DNA of 64,000 nt, from the NCBI GenBank assembly GCA_963849325.1, contig CAWKHF010000009.1, forward strand, positions 320,001-384,000, given 5' to 3'. The notes below the pieces were generated by a model that searched no databases, was not told where the DNA came from, and saw nothing but the letters and a program-made list of their open reading frames with translations. The position numbers and the translations under genes are program-made. Shown here one piece after another: positions 1 through 9,116 of the stretch. Each line of letters starts with the position of its first letter. Within the stretch, counting starts at the first letter, position 1. The DNA is from an uncultured Planctomycetota bacterium (lineage in GTDB: Bacteria > Planctomycetota > Planctomycetia > Gemmatales > Gemmataceae).

Positions 1-89
1 GCAGGCGTCGGCGAAGGGCGAGGCCGGTGCCACGAACGCTGAAGATCGTTGAGCAACCGAGTCGCCCTGCCTACCAGAACCTGCAACAT
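1..89 (-). CDS. possible 5' end of a gene running off the window (MLQVLVGRATRLL...)
   Basis: ATG at 89 with GGAG upstream; frame open to the window edge. Confidence 0.3.
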   Translation of the reverse strand, partial: MLQVLVGRATRLLNDLQRSWHRPRPSPTP

Positions 90-275
90 GTTCCGCGTCC
101 ACTCCACAAGGACGGCTGCGGTGGGCGGTCCCGACCCGCATCGGCAAGGGAGAGTTTCGGTACGGGCCTGAGATGGCGGGCCAACCGAACGACCGTTCCT
201 CCTCCCTTCCTCCCCATCATCATAACCAGCCGGCACGGCAGAGTCAAAAGAGGAACCGCCCGGCGAATGGGAGAG

Positions 276-358
276 GGGTCCATTGTTTAGCCGCGACGCG
301 CAGCGGAGCGCGAGAACGACTCGCGCTCCGCTGCGCGTCGCGGCTAAACAATGGACCC
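276..358. repeat. REP-like perfect palindrome (GTTTAGCCGCGACGCGCAGCGGAGCGC family)
   Basis: 39-bp arms with a 5-nt loop; same core at 44598 and 59135. Confidence 0.9.
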
Positions 359-1978
359 AACCTGGAAAAAGCGAGCGAGTTGCTCCGTTATTTGCCCGCT
401 GTTGTCCATGCGCGGCACCTTGTTCTGTCCGCCGAGCCGGCCGCGCGAACGCATCCAGTCGGCGAAGCCGCCGCGCGGCACCGGACAGACTTCCGGCGCT
501 CGCATGGTCAGATCGCCGGCGCGGTGCGCCCAATAATCCTCGTTCAGCCGGCCGAGCGCGGCGTCCAGTTCGCGCGCGAAAACCGCGCGCACGTCGGCAC
601 AGGTGGACGCGGCGAACTCGACGAACCAACGGTGATGTCCCGGAAGGCCAGGCCTTGCGGGAAAGACGGGACCGACGTGAAAATCGATAACGGAGGTGCC
701 GGTGGCGGAGGCGGCGGCCGCGATGGCCTTTTCGACTTCCTCGCTGATGACGTGCTCGCCGAACGCGGACAAAAAGTAGCGGGTTCGTCCCGTGAAGCGC
801 AGCAGGGGCGGCTCGCGGCGCTCGAAGCATACGGTGTCGCCCAGGACGTAACTCCACAGGCCGGCGCAGGTCGTCAGGACGACGGCGTACTGTACCCCCG
901 GCTCCAGGTCGGCGACGGTGTGTCGGGTCGGGTGTTCCGCGTCGAGGTCTTCCGTGGGCACGAACTCAAAGAAGATGTTGTGATCGGGGATCAATCGGAG
1001 CAGGCCGTAGCGCGAATCCTCCGTGGCGATGAATCCCTCGGAGGCGGGATAGGTTTCGAGGAAGCGCACCGACGCATCGCCGAGGAGCGTCTGAAACAGC
1101 GGACGATACGGCTCGAACTTGGTGCCGCCGTGAATCACCAGGCGTAGTCGTGGCCAGATGTCGGCGATGCGGTCGCGGCCGGTCATCTGCTTGAGCCGAT
1201 CGAACAGCACCAGCAACCAGGCGGGGATGCCGCTGAGCATGGTGATAGGCAGATTCACGCCGTTCTCGGCGAGAAGACGCATCTTTTCGTCCCAGTCGGT
1301 GACGAGCGCGAGTTTTTCCGGAGGGAACGTAAAAGGCCGCAGCAGGGAGGACGCCTCGCGCACGGTGATGCCGCTGAGATCGCCGGCCAGGATGGGGTAG
1401 GGCGCGGGCTGACCGTCCTTGGCCGCGAGATTGCGCAGGTCGGTGCTGCCGCCGAGGAAAAACAAACGCCCCGTGAACAGCGGCGTTCCGGGGTAGGCCG
1501 ACAGGAACAGCGACAGCGTCGTCAGGGCCGCTTTCTGGTTGGAGGCGAGCATCTGCCGCGACAGCGGAACGTACTTGGTGGCACCGCTCGTCGTCCCCGA
1601 CGACAGGGCGAAGTACGGGACTCGGCCGGGCCAGGTGACATCGGCGAGACAGGGGAAGGGCGCGCGCCAGTAGTCGGACCAGAAGGCTTCGTAGCTGCGC
1701 AGCGGCACGCGGCGCTGATAGTCGGCGATGCCGCGGATGCCGTCGAAATCGTGATCGCGTCCGAAACGGGTCCGCCAGGCGTGCCGTACCAGGCGGAGCA
1801 AGGTTTGCTGCTGGAGCTGCGCCGGCGAGCGCTGGTCGAGTTGGGCCGTGCGATGCGCCGCATAGCGGCCCATGAACACGTCGGTGAGTCGGCGGACTGC
1901 GGATGACAAGGTGACAAGGTGACAGGGTGACAAGGTGACAAAGCTCCCGTGACAAGGCGGTCGGTGAGGACGGGACAA
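344..1978 (-). CDS. GH3 family (acyl-acid amido synthetase-like) protein; start uncertain (1873-1978)
   Basis: SSGTTSG.K, ETYPASEG and Y.LGD adenylate-forming motifs; C-terminal GQNKVPR. Confidence 0.85.
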   Translation of the reverse strand: MSRPHRPPCHGSFVTLSPCHLVTLSSAVRRLTDVFMGRYAAHRTAQLDQRSPAQLQQQTLLRLVRHAWRTRFGRDHDFDGIRGIADYQRRVPLRSYEAFWSDYWRAPFPCLADVTWPGRVPYFALSSGTTSGATKYVPLSRQMLASNQKAALTTLSLFLSAYPGTPLFTGRLFFLGGSTDLRNLAAKDGQPAPYPILAGDLSGITVREASSLLRPFTFPPEKLALVTDWDEKMRLLAENGVNLPITMLSGIPAWLLVLFDRLKQMTGRDRIADIWPRLRLVIHGGTKFEPYRPLFQTLLGDASVRFLETYPASEGFIATEDSRYGLLRLIPDHNIFFEFVPTEDLDAEHPTRHTVADLEPGVQYAVVLTTCAGLWSYVLGDTVCFERREPPLLRFTGRTRYFLSAFGEHVISEEVEKAIAAAASATGTSVIDFHVGPVFPARPGLPGHHRWFVEFAASTCADVRAVFARELDAALGRLNEDYWAHRAGDLTMRAPEVCPVPRGGFADWMRSRGRLGGQNKVPRMDNSGQITEQLARFFQVGSIV

Positions 1979-2027
1979 GGTGGCCTTCTTCTCACCTTGT
2001 CACCCTGTCACCTTGTCACCTTGTCAT
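1904..2027. repeat. octamer tandem repeats (GTGACAAG)n and inverted (CTTGTCAC)n
   Basis: directly visible tandem units in opposite orientations. Confidence 0.85.
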
Positions 2028-2822
2028 CTGTAGAGTCGGCCGAGCACTGCTGAGGAAGTGCAGCACCAGGCGATTGGTCAGCCGCGGTCTCTCCATCTGT
2101 GGGGCGTGGCCGCAGCGCGGGATCGACAGGTAGTGTCCCTGTGGCAGCAACGTCGCCACTTCCGCCGCCTGCCGAGGATCGACGATTTGGTCCTCGCGTC
2201 CGCTGACCAGCAGCGTCGGCTGCGACAGTTCGGCCATCCGATCGCGGACGGAGTGAGCCATCGTGCCGCGCACCGTGCGCAGCAACCCCGTCCGCCAGCG
2301 GCGGTTGGCGAACTGGCGCCGGTAGTAGATCAGCAAGCGCGGGTCCACTCGGCTGGTGTCGTAAAAGACGCTTTCGATCAGCGAACGCAGGTCGTGGCGG
2401 CGCATGCCCTCGACGAGGGGTAGGCGCTCTTCATCGCCCATTCCGGAGGGACAAAGGAGTACAAGTCGAGTGACGCGCTCGGGATAGCGCACCGCGTACT
2501 CGACGGCGATCTTGCCGCCGAGGCTCGCCGCGACCAGGTGATAGGGCGGCGTCTGCACGAACGATTCGAGATACTGATGCAGTTGCTCGACCAGGTAGTC
2601 GATGCTGATAGGCCGTCCCTGGTCGATGCGCTGGTGCAGGGCCGGGCCGTCGTAGACGAGCAGGTTGGGCAGGTAGACGTCGAAGTGACGCCGCCAGAAG
2701 GGGACATTGCGGAACCAGCTCTCCGCCTGCTCGGCCAGTCCGTTGAGGAGGACGAGCGGTTGCCGCCGGACGTAGGGATGGACCTGGAAGCGCGCCAGCC
2801 AGGTTCGCCAGGGTGCGGCCAC
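2016..2822 (-). CDS. alpha/beta hydrolase
   Basis: ASLGG nucleophile elbow, G..D, GH.PQ.E; GTG start after GGAGGT. Confidence 0.85.
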   Translation of the reverse strand: MAAPWRTWLARFQVHPYVRRQPLVLLNGLAEQAESWFRNVPFWRRHFDVYLPNLLVYDGPALHQRIDQGRPISIDYLVEQLHQYLESFVQTPPYHLVAASLGGKIAVEYAVRYPERVTRLVLLCPSGMGDEERLPLVEGMRRHDLRSLIESVFYDTSRVDPRLLIYYRRQFANRRWRTGLLRTVRGTMAHSVRDRMAELSQPTLLVSGREDQIVDPRQAAEVATLLPQGHYLSIPRCGHAPQMERPRLTNRLVLHFLSSARPTLQMTR

Positions 2823-3015
2823 GGTGAGACCTCCCACTGGAGAATCGGGACGGCCCAATCATCCCGTTCTCCACGTCGATTCCCTTCGGCCCCCCGGTAT
2901 AACCAAATCGCTCCCGTTTGACTAGACGTTCTTGCAACCGCTGGCGGGACACGTGGTTTCTGTTATCCTGCAACGCGGCCGGATGTCTCTCCTGGTATTT
3001 GCGCGGAGTGCGGTT

Positions 3016-3977
3016 ATGACTGGACCGTCCGATGTTCTGTGTGCGGGCATCATCGTCGCCGATCACGTCAGCTCCCCGATTTCGCACGTGCCGGACCCTG
3101 GCGAGCTGGTTCTGGCCGATCAACTTTTGTTGACCATCGGCGGCTGCGCCGCCAACGTGGCCGTGGACCTGGTCAAGCTCGGCGTATCGGCGGCGGTGGT
3201 CGGCCGCGTCGGCGGCGACGTCTTCGGTCGTGTCGTCGCCGACATGCTGCGCGAACGTCAGGTCGATGTCTCCGCCCTGGGGGTCAGTACGGACCTGGAT
3301 ACCAGCCAGACGCTGATCGTGAACGTGGCCGGACAGGACCGTCGTTTCATCCACACCTTCGGGGCCAATGGCGCTTTCGGGGCCTCCGACATCCCGCTGG
3401 ATCGCGTGGCGACGTGCCGCGTGCTGTACCTGGGCGGCTATCTGCTGATGGGCAACGTTCATCCGGAAGAGTTGATTCCCGTGTTCGCGGCGGCGCGCGC
3501 GCCGGGGCAAAGACGGTGCTCGACGTGGTCACGCCTGGCCCGGCCGATTACCTGCCGCGCTTGCAGAAGCTATTGCCTCATGTCGATGTCTTTCTGCCGA
3601 ACAACCACGAGGCGGAGTTAATTACCGGCGAGAAGGACGCACTGCGGCAAGCTGAGCGCTTCCATCAGATGGGAGCGCAGACGGTCATCATCACGATGGG
3701 CGATCAAGGTTCGGTACTGGTGGGGCAGGGGGTGCGATTGCGGGCAGAGACGTATCGGATGCCGTTCGTGGACGGCACCGGCGGCGGGGACGCTTTCGCC
3801 GCCGGCTACATCGACGGACTGCTTCGCGGGCTGGACGCGGAGGGGTGTTTGCGCATCGGCAGTGCGGTCGGAGCCAGCTGCGTCCGCGCCATCGGCACGA
3901 CGACCGGCGTGTTCACACGGGCGGAACTGGAGGCGTTCGTGTCTGCGAATCCGCTGCGGATCGAGCGGATACAATAA
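3016..3977 (+). CDS. PfkB/ribokinase family carbohydrate kinase (frameshift near 3500)
   Basis: GG.AANVA, VGGD.FG, N..EA and DGTGGGDAF motifs split over two frames. Confidence 0.85.
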
Positions 3978-4014
3978 CCACAACGCACAGGGTCGTTGAT
4001 CGGAGGTGATTCAC

Positions 4015-4761
4015 ATGCCCATCCATGATTGGCGATTGGTTGATGCGGGAATCTTCCACCATTTCCATCACTCGTGGATTGAGGAGATCCAGCGGGCATT
4101 GAACCGCGGTTTATTGCCGCCGGAGTATTATGCACTCTCCGAACAAATCGCGGGCGGTCTGGGACCGGATGTCCTGACCCTTCAAAGACCTGGAACCGAG
4201 TCCGTTTCCCTCGATGATCCTCGTGGAGGAGTGGCCGTGACAGTCCTTCCTCCGAAGGCGCGGTTCCGCGCTCGCGCCGAGCCGGACCTCTACGCGGCCA
4301 AGGCCAAGACCGTCGTCATTCGCCACCGGAGCAACCACCGGATCATCGCCATGGTGGAGCTAGTCTCTCCCGGCAACAAAAACAACCGGCATGGTATCCG
4401 CGCGTTCGTCGAGAAGGCCGTGGCCGCACTGCGGGCTGGCATCCATCTCCTGATGGTGGACCTGTTTCCACCGGGGCCGCGCGATCCCCAGGGCATCCAC
4501 AAGGCGATCTGGGATGAACTGGTCGAAAATGACTTCCGTCTTCCCGACGACAAGCCGCTGACCCTGGTGGCCTACAGCGCCGACCAGTTTCCCGAGGCGT
4601 TCATCGAGCCGGTGGCCGTTGGCGATCCTCTGCCGGACATGCCCGTGTTCTTAACTCCCGACGTTTACATCCCGACGCCACTCGACGCAACCTACCGTGC
4701 GGCCTGGGATGCCTTTCCTTCTTTTTGGCGCGATGTCCTGGGCCATTCGGGTGGGGTGTAA
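4015..4761 (+). CDS. DUF4058 family (PD-(D/E)XK-like) protein
   Basis: MPIHDW..V.AGIFHHFH, PDV and ELVSPGNK, typical of planctomycete DUF4058. Confidence 0.8.
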   Translation: MPIHDWRLVDAGIFHHFHHSWIEEIQRALNRGLLPPEYYALSEQIAGGLGPDVLTLQRPGTESVSLDDPRGGVAVTVLPPKARFRARAEPDLYAAKAKTVVIRHRSNHRIIAMVELVSPGNKNNRHGIRAFVEKAVAALRAGIHLLMVDLFPPGPRDPQGIHKAIWDELVENDFRLPDDKPLTLVAYSADQFPEAFIEPVAVGDPLPDMPVFLTPDVYIPTPLDATYRAAWDAFPSFWRDVLGHSGGV

Positions 4762-4803
4762 CCTCGCCCCTCCGCCATCGGAATACGACGCGCCGCGAGT
4801 CCA

Positions 4804-5232
4804 CTATCGCGGGGCGGATGGTTGTTCGTCCAGATGAGCCAGCAGGCGGTCGAGGAAAGGCACCTGATCGGAGTGCAGAAGCCTCCGCGCTTGTTCCAGC
4901 GAGACGAAACGGGCGTCATCGACTTCCCAGGACGTGGGCCGCGGTTCGGCATCGACGGGGGCGAGACCGGCGAAACAGTACACGTCCTTGCGACTCTTCT
5001 TGTACTCGATGAAACCAAGGGACACGAGATCGCCGGGCATGACGCCGACTTCTTCCAGCGTCTCGCGGCGGGCCGTCCGCTCCAGGTCCGTCTCACCATC
5101 GTTGGGCACTCCCTTGGGGATGCTCCACGGCGCACGGCGGTTGTAAGGGCCGGAGGGGTGGACCAGCAAGACCTCCAGCCCATCGGCTCCCTGACGATAC
5201 AGGAGCGTTCCAGCCGACTGCTTCCTGGCCAT
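4804..5232 (-). CDS. NUDIX hydrolase
   Basis: WSIPKG...ARRETLEEVG Nudix box. Confidence 0.9.
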   Translation of the reverse strand: MARKQSAGTLLYRQGADGLEVLLVHPSGPYNRRAPWSIPKGVPNDGETDLERTARRETLEEVGVMPGDLVSLGFIEYKKSRKDVYCFAGLAPVDAEPRPTSWEVDDARFVSLEQARRLLHSDQVPFLDRLLAHLDEQPSAPR

Positions 5233-5260
5233 GCTCTCCTCCCGCGAACACATTCTCTCG

Positions 5261-5286
5261 GAGCCTGAAGCGTACGCTTCAGGCTC
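5261..5286. repeat. loopless 26-bp palindrome (REP remnant)
   Basis: GAGCCTGAAGCGT/ACGCTTCAGGCTC; related to 9053 and 26088. Confidence 0.7.
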
Positions 5287-5311
5287 GGACGGGCACTCAC
5301 TTCTTCCGGCA

Positions 5312-6301
5312 CTATGGCACCTTTAGAGAGTCGAAAATACGCTGAAGCAGGCTTTCCGACGTGATGTCCTCGGCCTCGGCCTCGTAGGTGACGCTGACGC
5401 GATGACGCAGCACGTCCGGGCCGATGGACTTGACGTCCTGCGGCGTGACGTAGCCGCGACCGTCGAGGAACGCCTGCGCTTTCGCCGCCCGCGCCAGGAA
5501 GATCGTCGCGCGCGGACTGGCGCCGTACTGGATGTACGGCGCCAGGTCGAGGTTGTAATCGGCCGGCTTGCGCGTGGCGTGGACGATATCGACGATGTAA
5601 CGCTTGATCTTGTCATCCACGTAAATCCGATCGAGGACGCTCCGCAGGGAGGACACGTCGGATGGACCCAGGACGGAGTCGATCGTCCATTTCGGTTCGA
5701 TGGCGGACATGCGCTCGAGGATGACCAGTTCGTCTTCCTTGCTCGGGTAGGTCAGCTTGAGCTTGAGCATGAAGCGATCGACCTGCGCCTCGGGCAGCGG
5801 GTAAGTACCTTCCTGCTCGATGGGATTTTGCGTGGCCAGGACGAGGAAAGGAATATCAAGAGGATAGCTCTTGTCGCCGATAGTGACCTGCTTCTCCTGC
5901 ATCGCTTCGAGTAAGGCGCTCTGTACCTTGGCGGGAGCGCGATTGATCTCGTCGGCGAGGACGAGGTTGGCGAAGATGGGGCCTTTCTTGATGCTGAATT
6001 CGCCGCTGCGCGGGTTGTAAATCTGCGTGCCGATGACGTCGGCGGGCAGCAAGTCGGGAGTGAACTGGATGCGGCTGAAACTGAGGCGCAGCGCCTGGGC
6101 GAGCGTGCGCACGGCCAGGGTCTTGGCCAGGCCCGGCACACCCTCCAGGAGGATGTGACCGCCGGTGAGCAGGCCGACCAGCAGGCGATCGATCATGCCG
6201 CGCTGACCGACGATGACTTTCTCCATCTCGGCGTAAAGTGGATCCAGCCGGGCGCGCAGGTCGCATACCACGCGGTTGATTTCCTGGACGTCGTCGGTCA
6301 T
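5312..6301 (-). CDS. moxR: MoxR family AAA+ ATPase
   Basis: GVPGLAKT, RIQFTPDLLPAD, DEINRAPAKVQSALLE, ATQNPIEQEGTYPLPEAQ. Confidence 0.95.
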   Translation of the reverse strand: MTDDVQEINRVVCDLRARLDPLYAEMEKVIVGQRGMIDRLLVGLLTGGHILLEGVPGLAKTLAVRTLAQALRLSFSRIQFTPDLLPADVIGTQIYNPRSGEFSIKKGPIFANLVLADEINRAPAKVQSALLEAMQEKQVTIGDKSYPLDIPFLVLATQNPIEQEGTYPLPEAQVDRFMLKLKLTYPSKEDELVILERMSAIEPKWTIDSVLGPSDVSSLRSVLDRIYVDDKIKRYIVDIVHATRKPADYNLDLAPYIQYGASPRATIFLARAAKAQAFLDGRGYVTPQDVKSIGPDVLRHRVSVTYEAEAEDITSESLLQRIFDSLKVP

Positions 6302-6510
6302 GGACACCTCGGAGGCAGGGACGGCCCAACGGCCGGAGCAAGCGTCCGTGTGTTTCCATTCTCAGCCCTGCCGCCACAAATGACAATGGCCGCTGCACCC
6401 TGACGAGTGACCGGGAGGAAAAAGCGCAGAGAACGAGGCCGGCCGTATCAGCCTGGAGGGAAGGCGGCTGAGACGGCCGGCACCGAGCGATGGGCGATGA
6501 AAGGTCCGAC

Positions 6511-6870
6511 TTACCAGCGGTATCCGGGACGGTAATAGTAACGGGAGTACGGGCTGTAATAGCCTCCATAGTAGCCGCCCCAGGGATTGTACCCGCCGTA
6601 GTAGCGCGGGTAATAGGAACGACCGTAGCCGCCATAGCCGCCATAGCCGCCATAGCCTCCGTAGGGGTAGTAGCCGCGGGAGAAGCCATAGCCGGAATAG
6701 CCATAGCGGCCTCCCCAGTACCTGCCGCCGTGTCCGTAATGGGCCACGGGGACGGTGGTGCCGGCAACGGTGGGACCACGATACGGGTTGGCCCGCACGG
6801 ACGACGGGTTCCCCAGCGACAGACCCAAGGCGCCGAGACCGAGGATCAACGATCCCAATAACGAACGCAT
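6511..6870 (-). CDS. secreted Gly/Tyr-rich low-complexity protein (119 aa)
   Basis: GAGG RBS, signal peptide ending VRA, GGY repeats. Confidence 0.75.
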   Translation of the reverse strand: MRSLLGSLILGLGALGLSLGNPSSVRANPYRGPTVAGTTVPVAHYGHGGRYWGGRYGYSGYGFSRGYYPYGGYGGYGGYGGYGRSYYPRYYGGYNPWGGYYGGYYSPYSRYYYRPGYRW

Positions 6871-6926
6871 GACGCACCTCCTTCTGTTCATTTGAGAGAG
6901 CGATCTGCCCTCTCTATAAGTCCTAA

Positions 6927-6942
6927 TGCAAAAGCGATACCA
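6927..6942 (-). promoter_or_regulatory. sigma-54 promoter
   Basis: TGGTATCGCTTTTGCA (GG-N10-GC) about 57 nt upstream of the Gly/Tyr-rich gene. Confidence 0.6.
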
Positions 6943-7053
6943 GCTTGCGCGGAATGTTTTTCGGCCTTGTTTGTGGCCGCGAAATAGAGCACCTTGCCGC
7001 AATCTCGATGCGATTGTTGCGTTTTCATACAAGGCCGTTCGTTTGTGTTGCCG

Positions 7054-7077
7054 CGTTATATCCACTCGAATATAACG
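7054..7077. promoter_or_regulatory. ModE-type operator (Mo-box)
   Basis: perfect palindrome CGTTATAT-N8-ATATAACG, adjacent to a ModE-family gene. Confidence 0.7.
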
Positions 7078-7090
7078 ATGGTCTCCGTCA

Positions 7091-8163
7091 TCATCCCCGG
7101 TCGCGGCGCGACGGCTGGACGGTGCGGAAGCCGGCACTGCGAAAGTGAGATTGGGCGGCGGCGGAGCCAAGGTAGGCGAGCAAAGCCCGAGCCGACGGCG
7201 AGCGCTCGCCCCAGTGCGTCAGGACGGCGGTATAGGAAATCGACGGTCGATCGGTCTGGGAACGAAACAGGATCCGGCAGTGGGCGGCAGCGCCGGCATC
7301 GCTGTCATAGACGATGCCGGCGTCGGCCTGACCCGACTCCACCGCGGCCAGGACCACACGAGGGTTGTCGAGGAACATCGCCCTCCGGCAAACCTCCGGC
7401 CAGATACCGAGCGGTTCCAGGTACGAGCGGGTGTAGCCACCCAGTGGACAGGAAGGATGAGCCAGGGCGATCCGTCTCATCCGGGGTTGCAACAGACCGC
7501 GCGGTCCGCGCAGGTCCGGGACCGAAGAGGGGAGGGCCACGGCCGCTAGACGGTTGGTTGCCAAGATGTTGCGTGTCTCCGCCGCGAGGAGATGGGCGGC
7601 GGCCAGGCGGTCGAGTTGGCGGACCTCGGCACTAAGGAAGAGATCAACGTGGATCCCATGCAGCAGATGGTCGGCCAATTCGTCGGAGGCGCCGCAGACG
7701 GTTCGCACCGCGATCGCGGGCTGTCGCACGGCAAACTCGGTCAGGAGGCGGCGCAACACGACTTCGAGACTGGCGGCGGCGGCGACGTGAACGCAGTCCG
7801 CGCCGGCCCGAGGCGTGGAGAGAGGTCCGGCGACCGAGTCCTGCGCCGCGCCTGCAATTGGCGGAAGAGGTCGGCCGCGAGCCGTCCTCGCGGAGTCAAC
7901 TCCGCCCCGCCTCCGTCTCGGCCGCCGGTCTGGGTGCGGACCAGGGGCTGGCCCGCCGCCCGGTTCATGCCCTCCACCAGCAGCCAGGCTCGGCGATACG
8001 ACATGTGGAGGTCGCGGGCCGCGGCGCTGATGCTGTGGCAACGCTCGATCGCCTCCAGCAGTTCCAGCCGACCCGGCCCGAGAAGGGTCTCGCCATCGCG
8101 TTCGACCCACAGCCGAACGCCGACCGTCCAGTCCTTCGTCCATTCTTCGTCGTCGGCACTCAT
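7091..8163 (-). CDS. ModE winged-helix domain fused to a ModA-like molybdate-binding domain (frameshift near 7800-7860)
   Basis: LGPGR.ELL..I....SISAAA....MSYRRAW..TGG.DGGGA.LT; then [30 protein letters not shown]; no signal peptide. Confidence 0.75.
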
Positions 8164-8229
8164 CGGCGGCTTTCCGCTGCCGGGGAGCGCCGGCGTTGCG
8201 GCTCCCCGCGAACTTTGTGGAGACCTGCC

Positions 8230-9036
8230 ATGCGACGCCGTTCCGCCTTCACCCTGATCGAATTATTGGTGGTCATCGCCATCATCGCGATCCTGATCGG
8301 CCTGCTGCTGCCGGCGGTGCAGAAAGTGCGCGCGGCGGCGGCGCGGGCGCAGTGTCAGAATAACCTCAAACAGATCGGGTTGGCCATCCACAACTACCAC
8401 GACGCCCTGCTCGCCTTCCCGCGCTACCGCCAGTGCGACACCACCTCCGGAACCTACGACGCCAACTGCTACTCCCTCACTTCGGCCACCATCTGGACCG
8501 GACCCAACGAGGTTTGGTGGTCGCCTTACGACAACCGTCCCGCGCCCTCCAGTCCGACCAACGCCCAGGGCAGTCCCAACCCGAACAACTCGTACAACAA
8601 CGGCGGTTATCCCGCTGGTTTTCTCTGGCCCTACATCGAGGGCAACCAGAAGATTTTCAAGTGCCCTGTCGGCATCGACACGACCACCGGCGCCGTCTTC
8701 CAGGTTAGCTACGGCATGAACTACGTCAGCGGAGGGCCGAACGGCCAGAACCTCGCGACGTTGAGCAACGGCAACGGCAGCTCCAACATTCTCATCGTCT
8801 GGGACCACGGCAAGACGCCCGGCTGCGCCGACTCCAGCCACGCGGCCACGGCGGCGAACCCGCGCGGTCCCTGGCCGTGGCCGGACACCACCAAGCCGCC
8901 GAGCCATTACCCGTACCAGCGCCACACCAATGTTTTCAACGTCCTCTACTGCGATGGCCACGGCAGCAGCATCAGTCAGAATGATTTGATCACAAGCTTG
9001 TTCCTGGCCAGCGGCAGCACCCCCATCTTTCCTTGA
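8230..9036 (+). CDS. DUF1559 prepilin-type protein
   Basis: [37 protein letters not shown]9-DG motif. Confidence 0.92.
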   Translation: MRRRSAFTLIELLVVIAIIAILIGLLLPAVQKVRAAAARAQCQNNLKQIGLAIHNYHDALLAFPRYRQCDTTSGTYDANCYSLTSATIWTGPNEVWWSPYDNRPAPSSPTNAQGSPNPNNSYNNGGYPAGFLWPYIEGNQKIFKCPVGIDTTTGAVFQVSYGMNYVSGGPNGQNLATLSNGNGSSNILIVWDHGKTPGCADSSHAATAANPRGPWPWPDTTKPPSHYPYQRHTNVFNVLYCDGHGSSISQNDLITSLFLASGSTPIFP

Positions 9037-9052
9037 CTACAATACCGGCAGA

Positions 9053-9100
9053 GAAGCGTCAGCGAAGGAATGACAACTTCGCTGACGCTTCAGGCTCGGA
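9053..9100. repeat. REP-like palindrome
   Basis: GAAGCGTCAGCGAAG...CTTCGCTGACGCTTC. Confidence 0.7.
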
Positions 9101-9116
9101 CAGTCAAGGGGACCAC

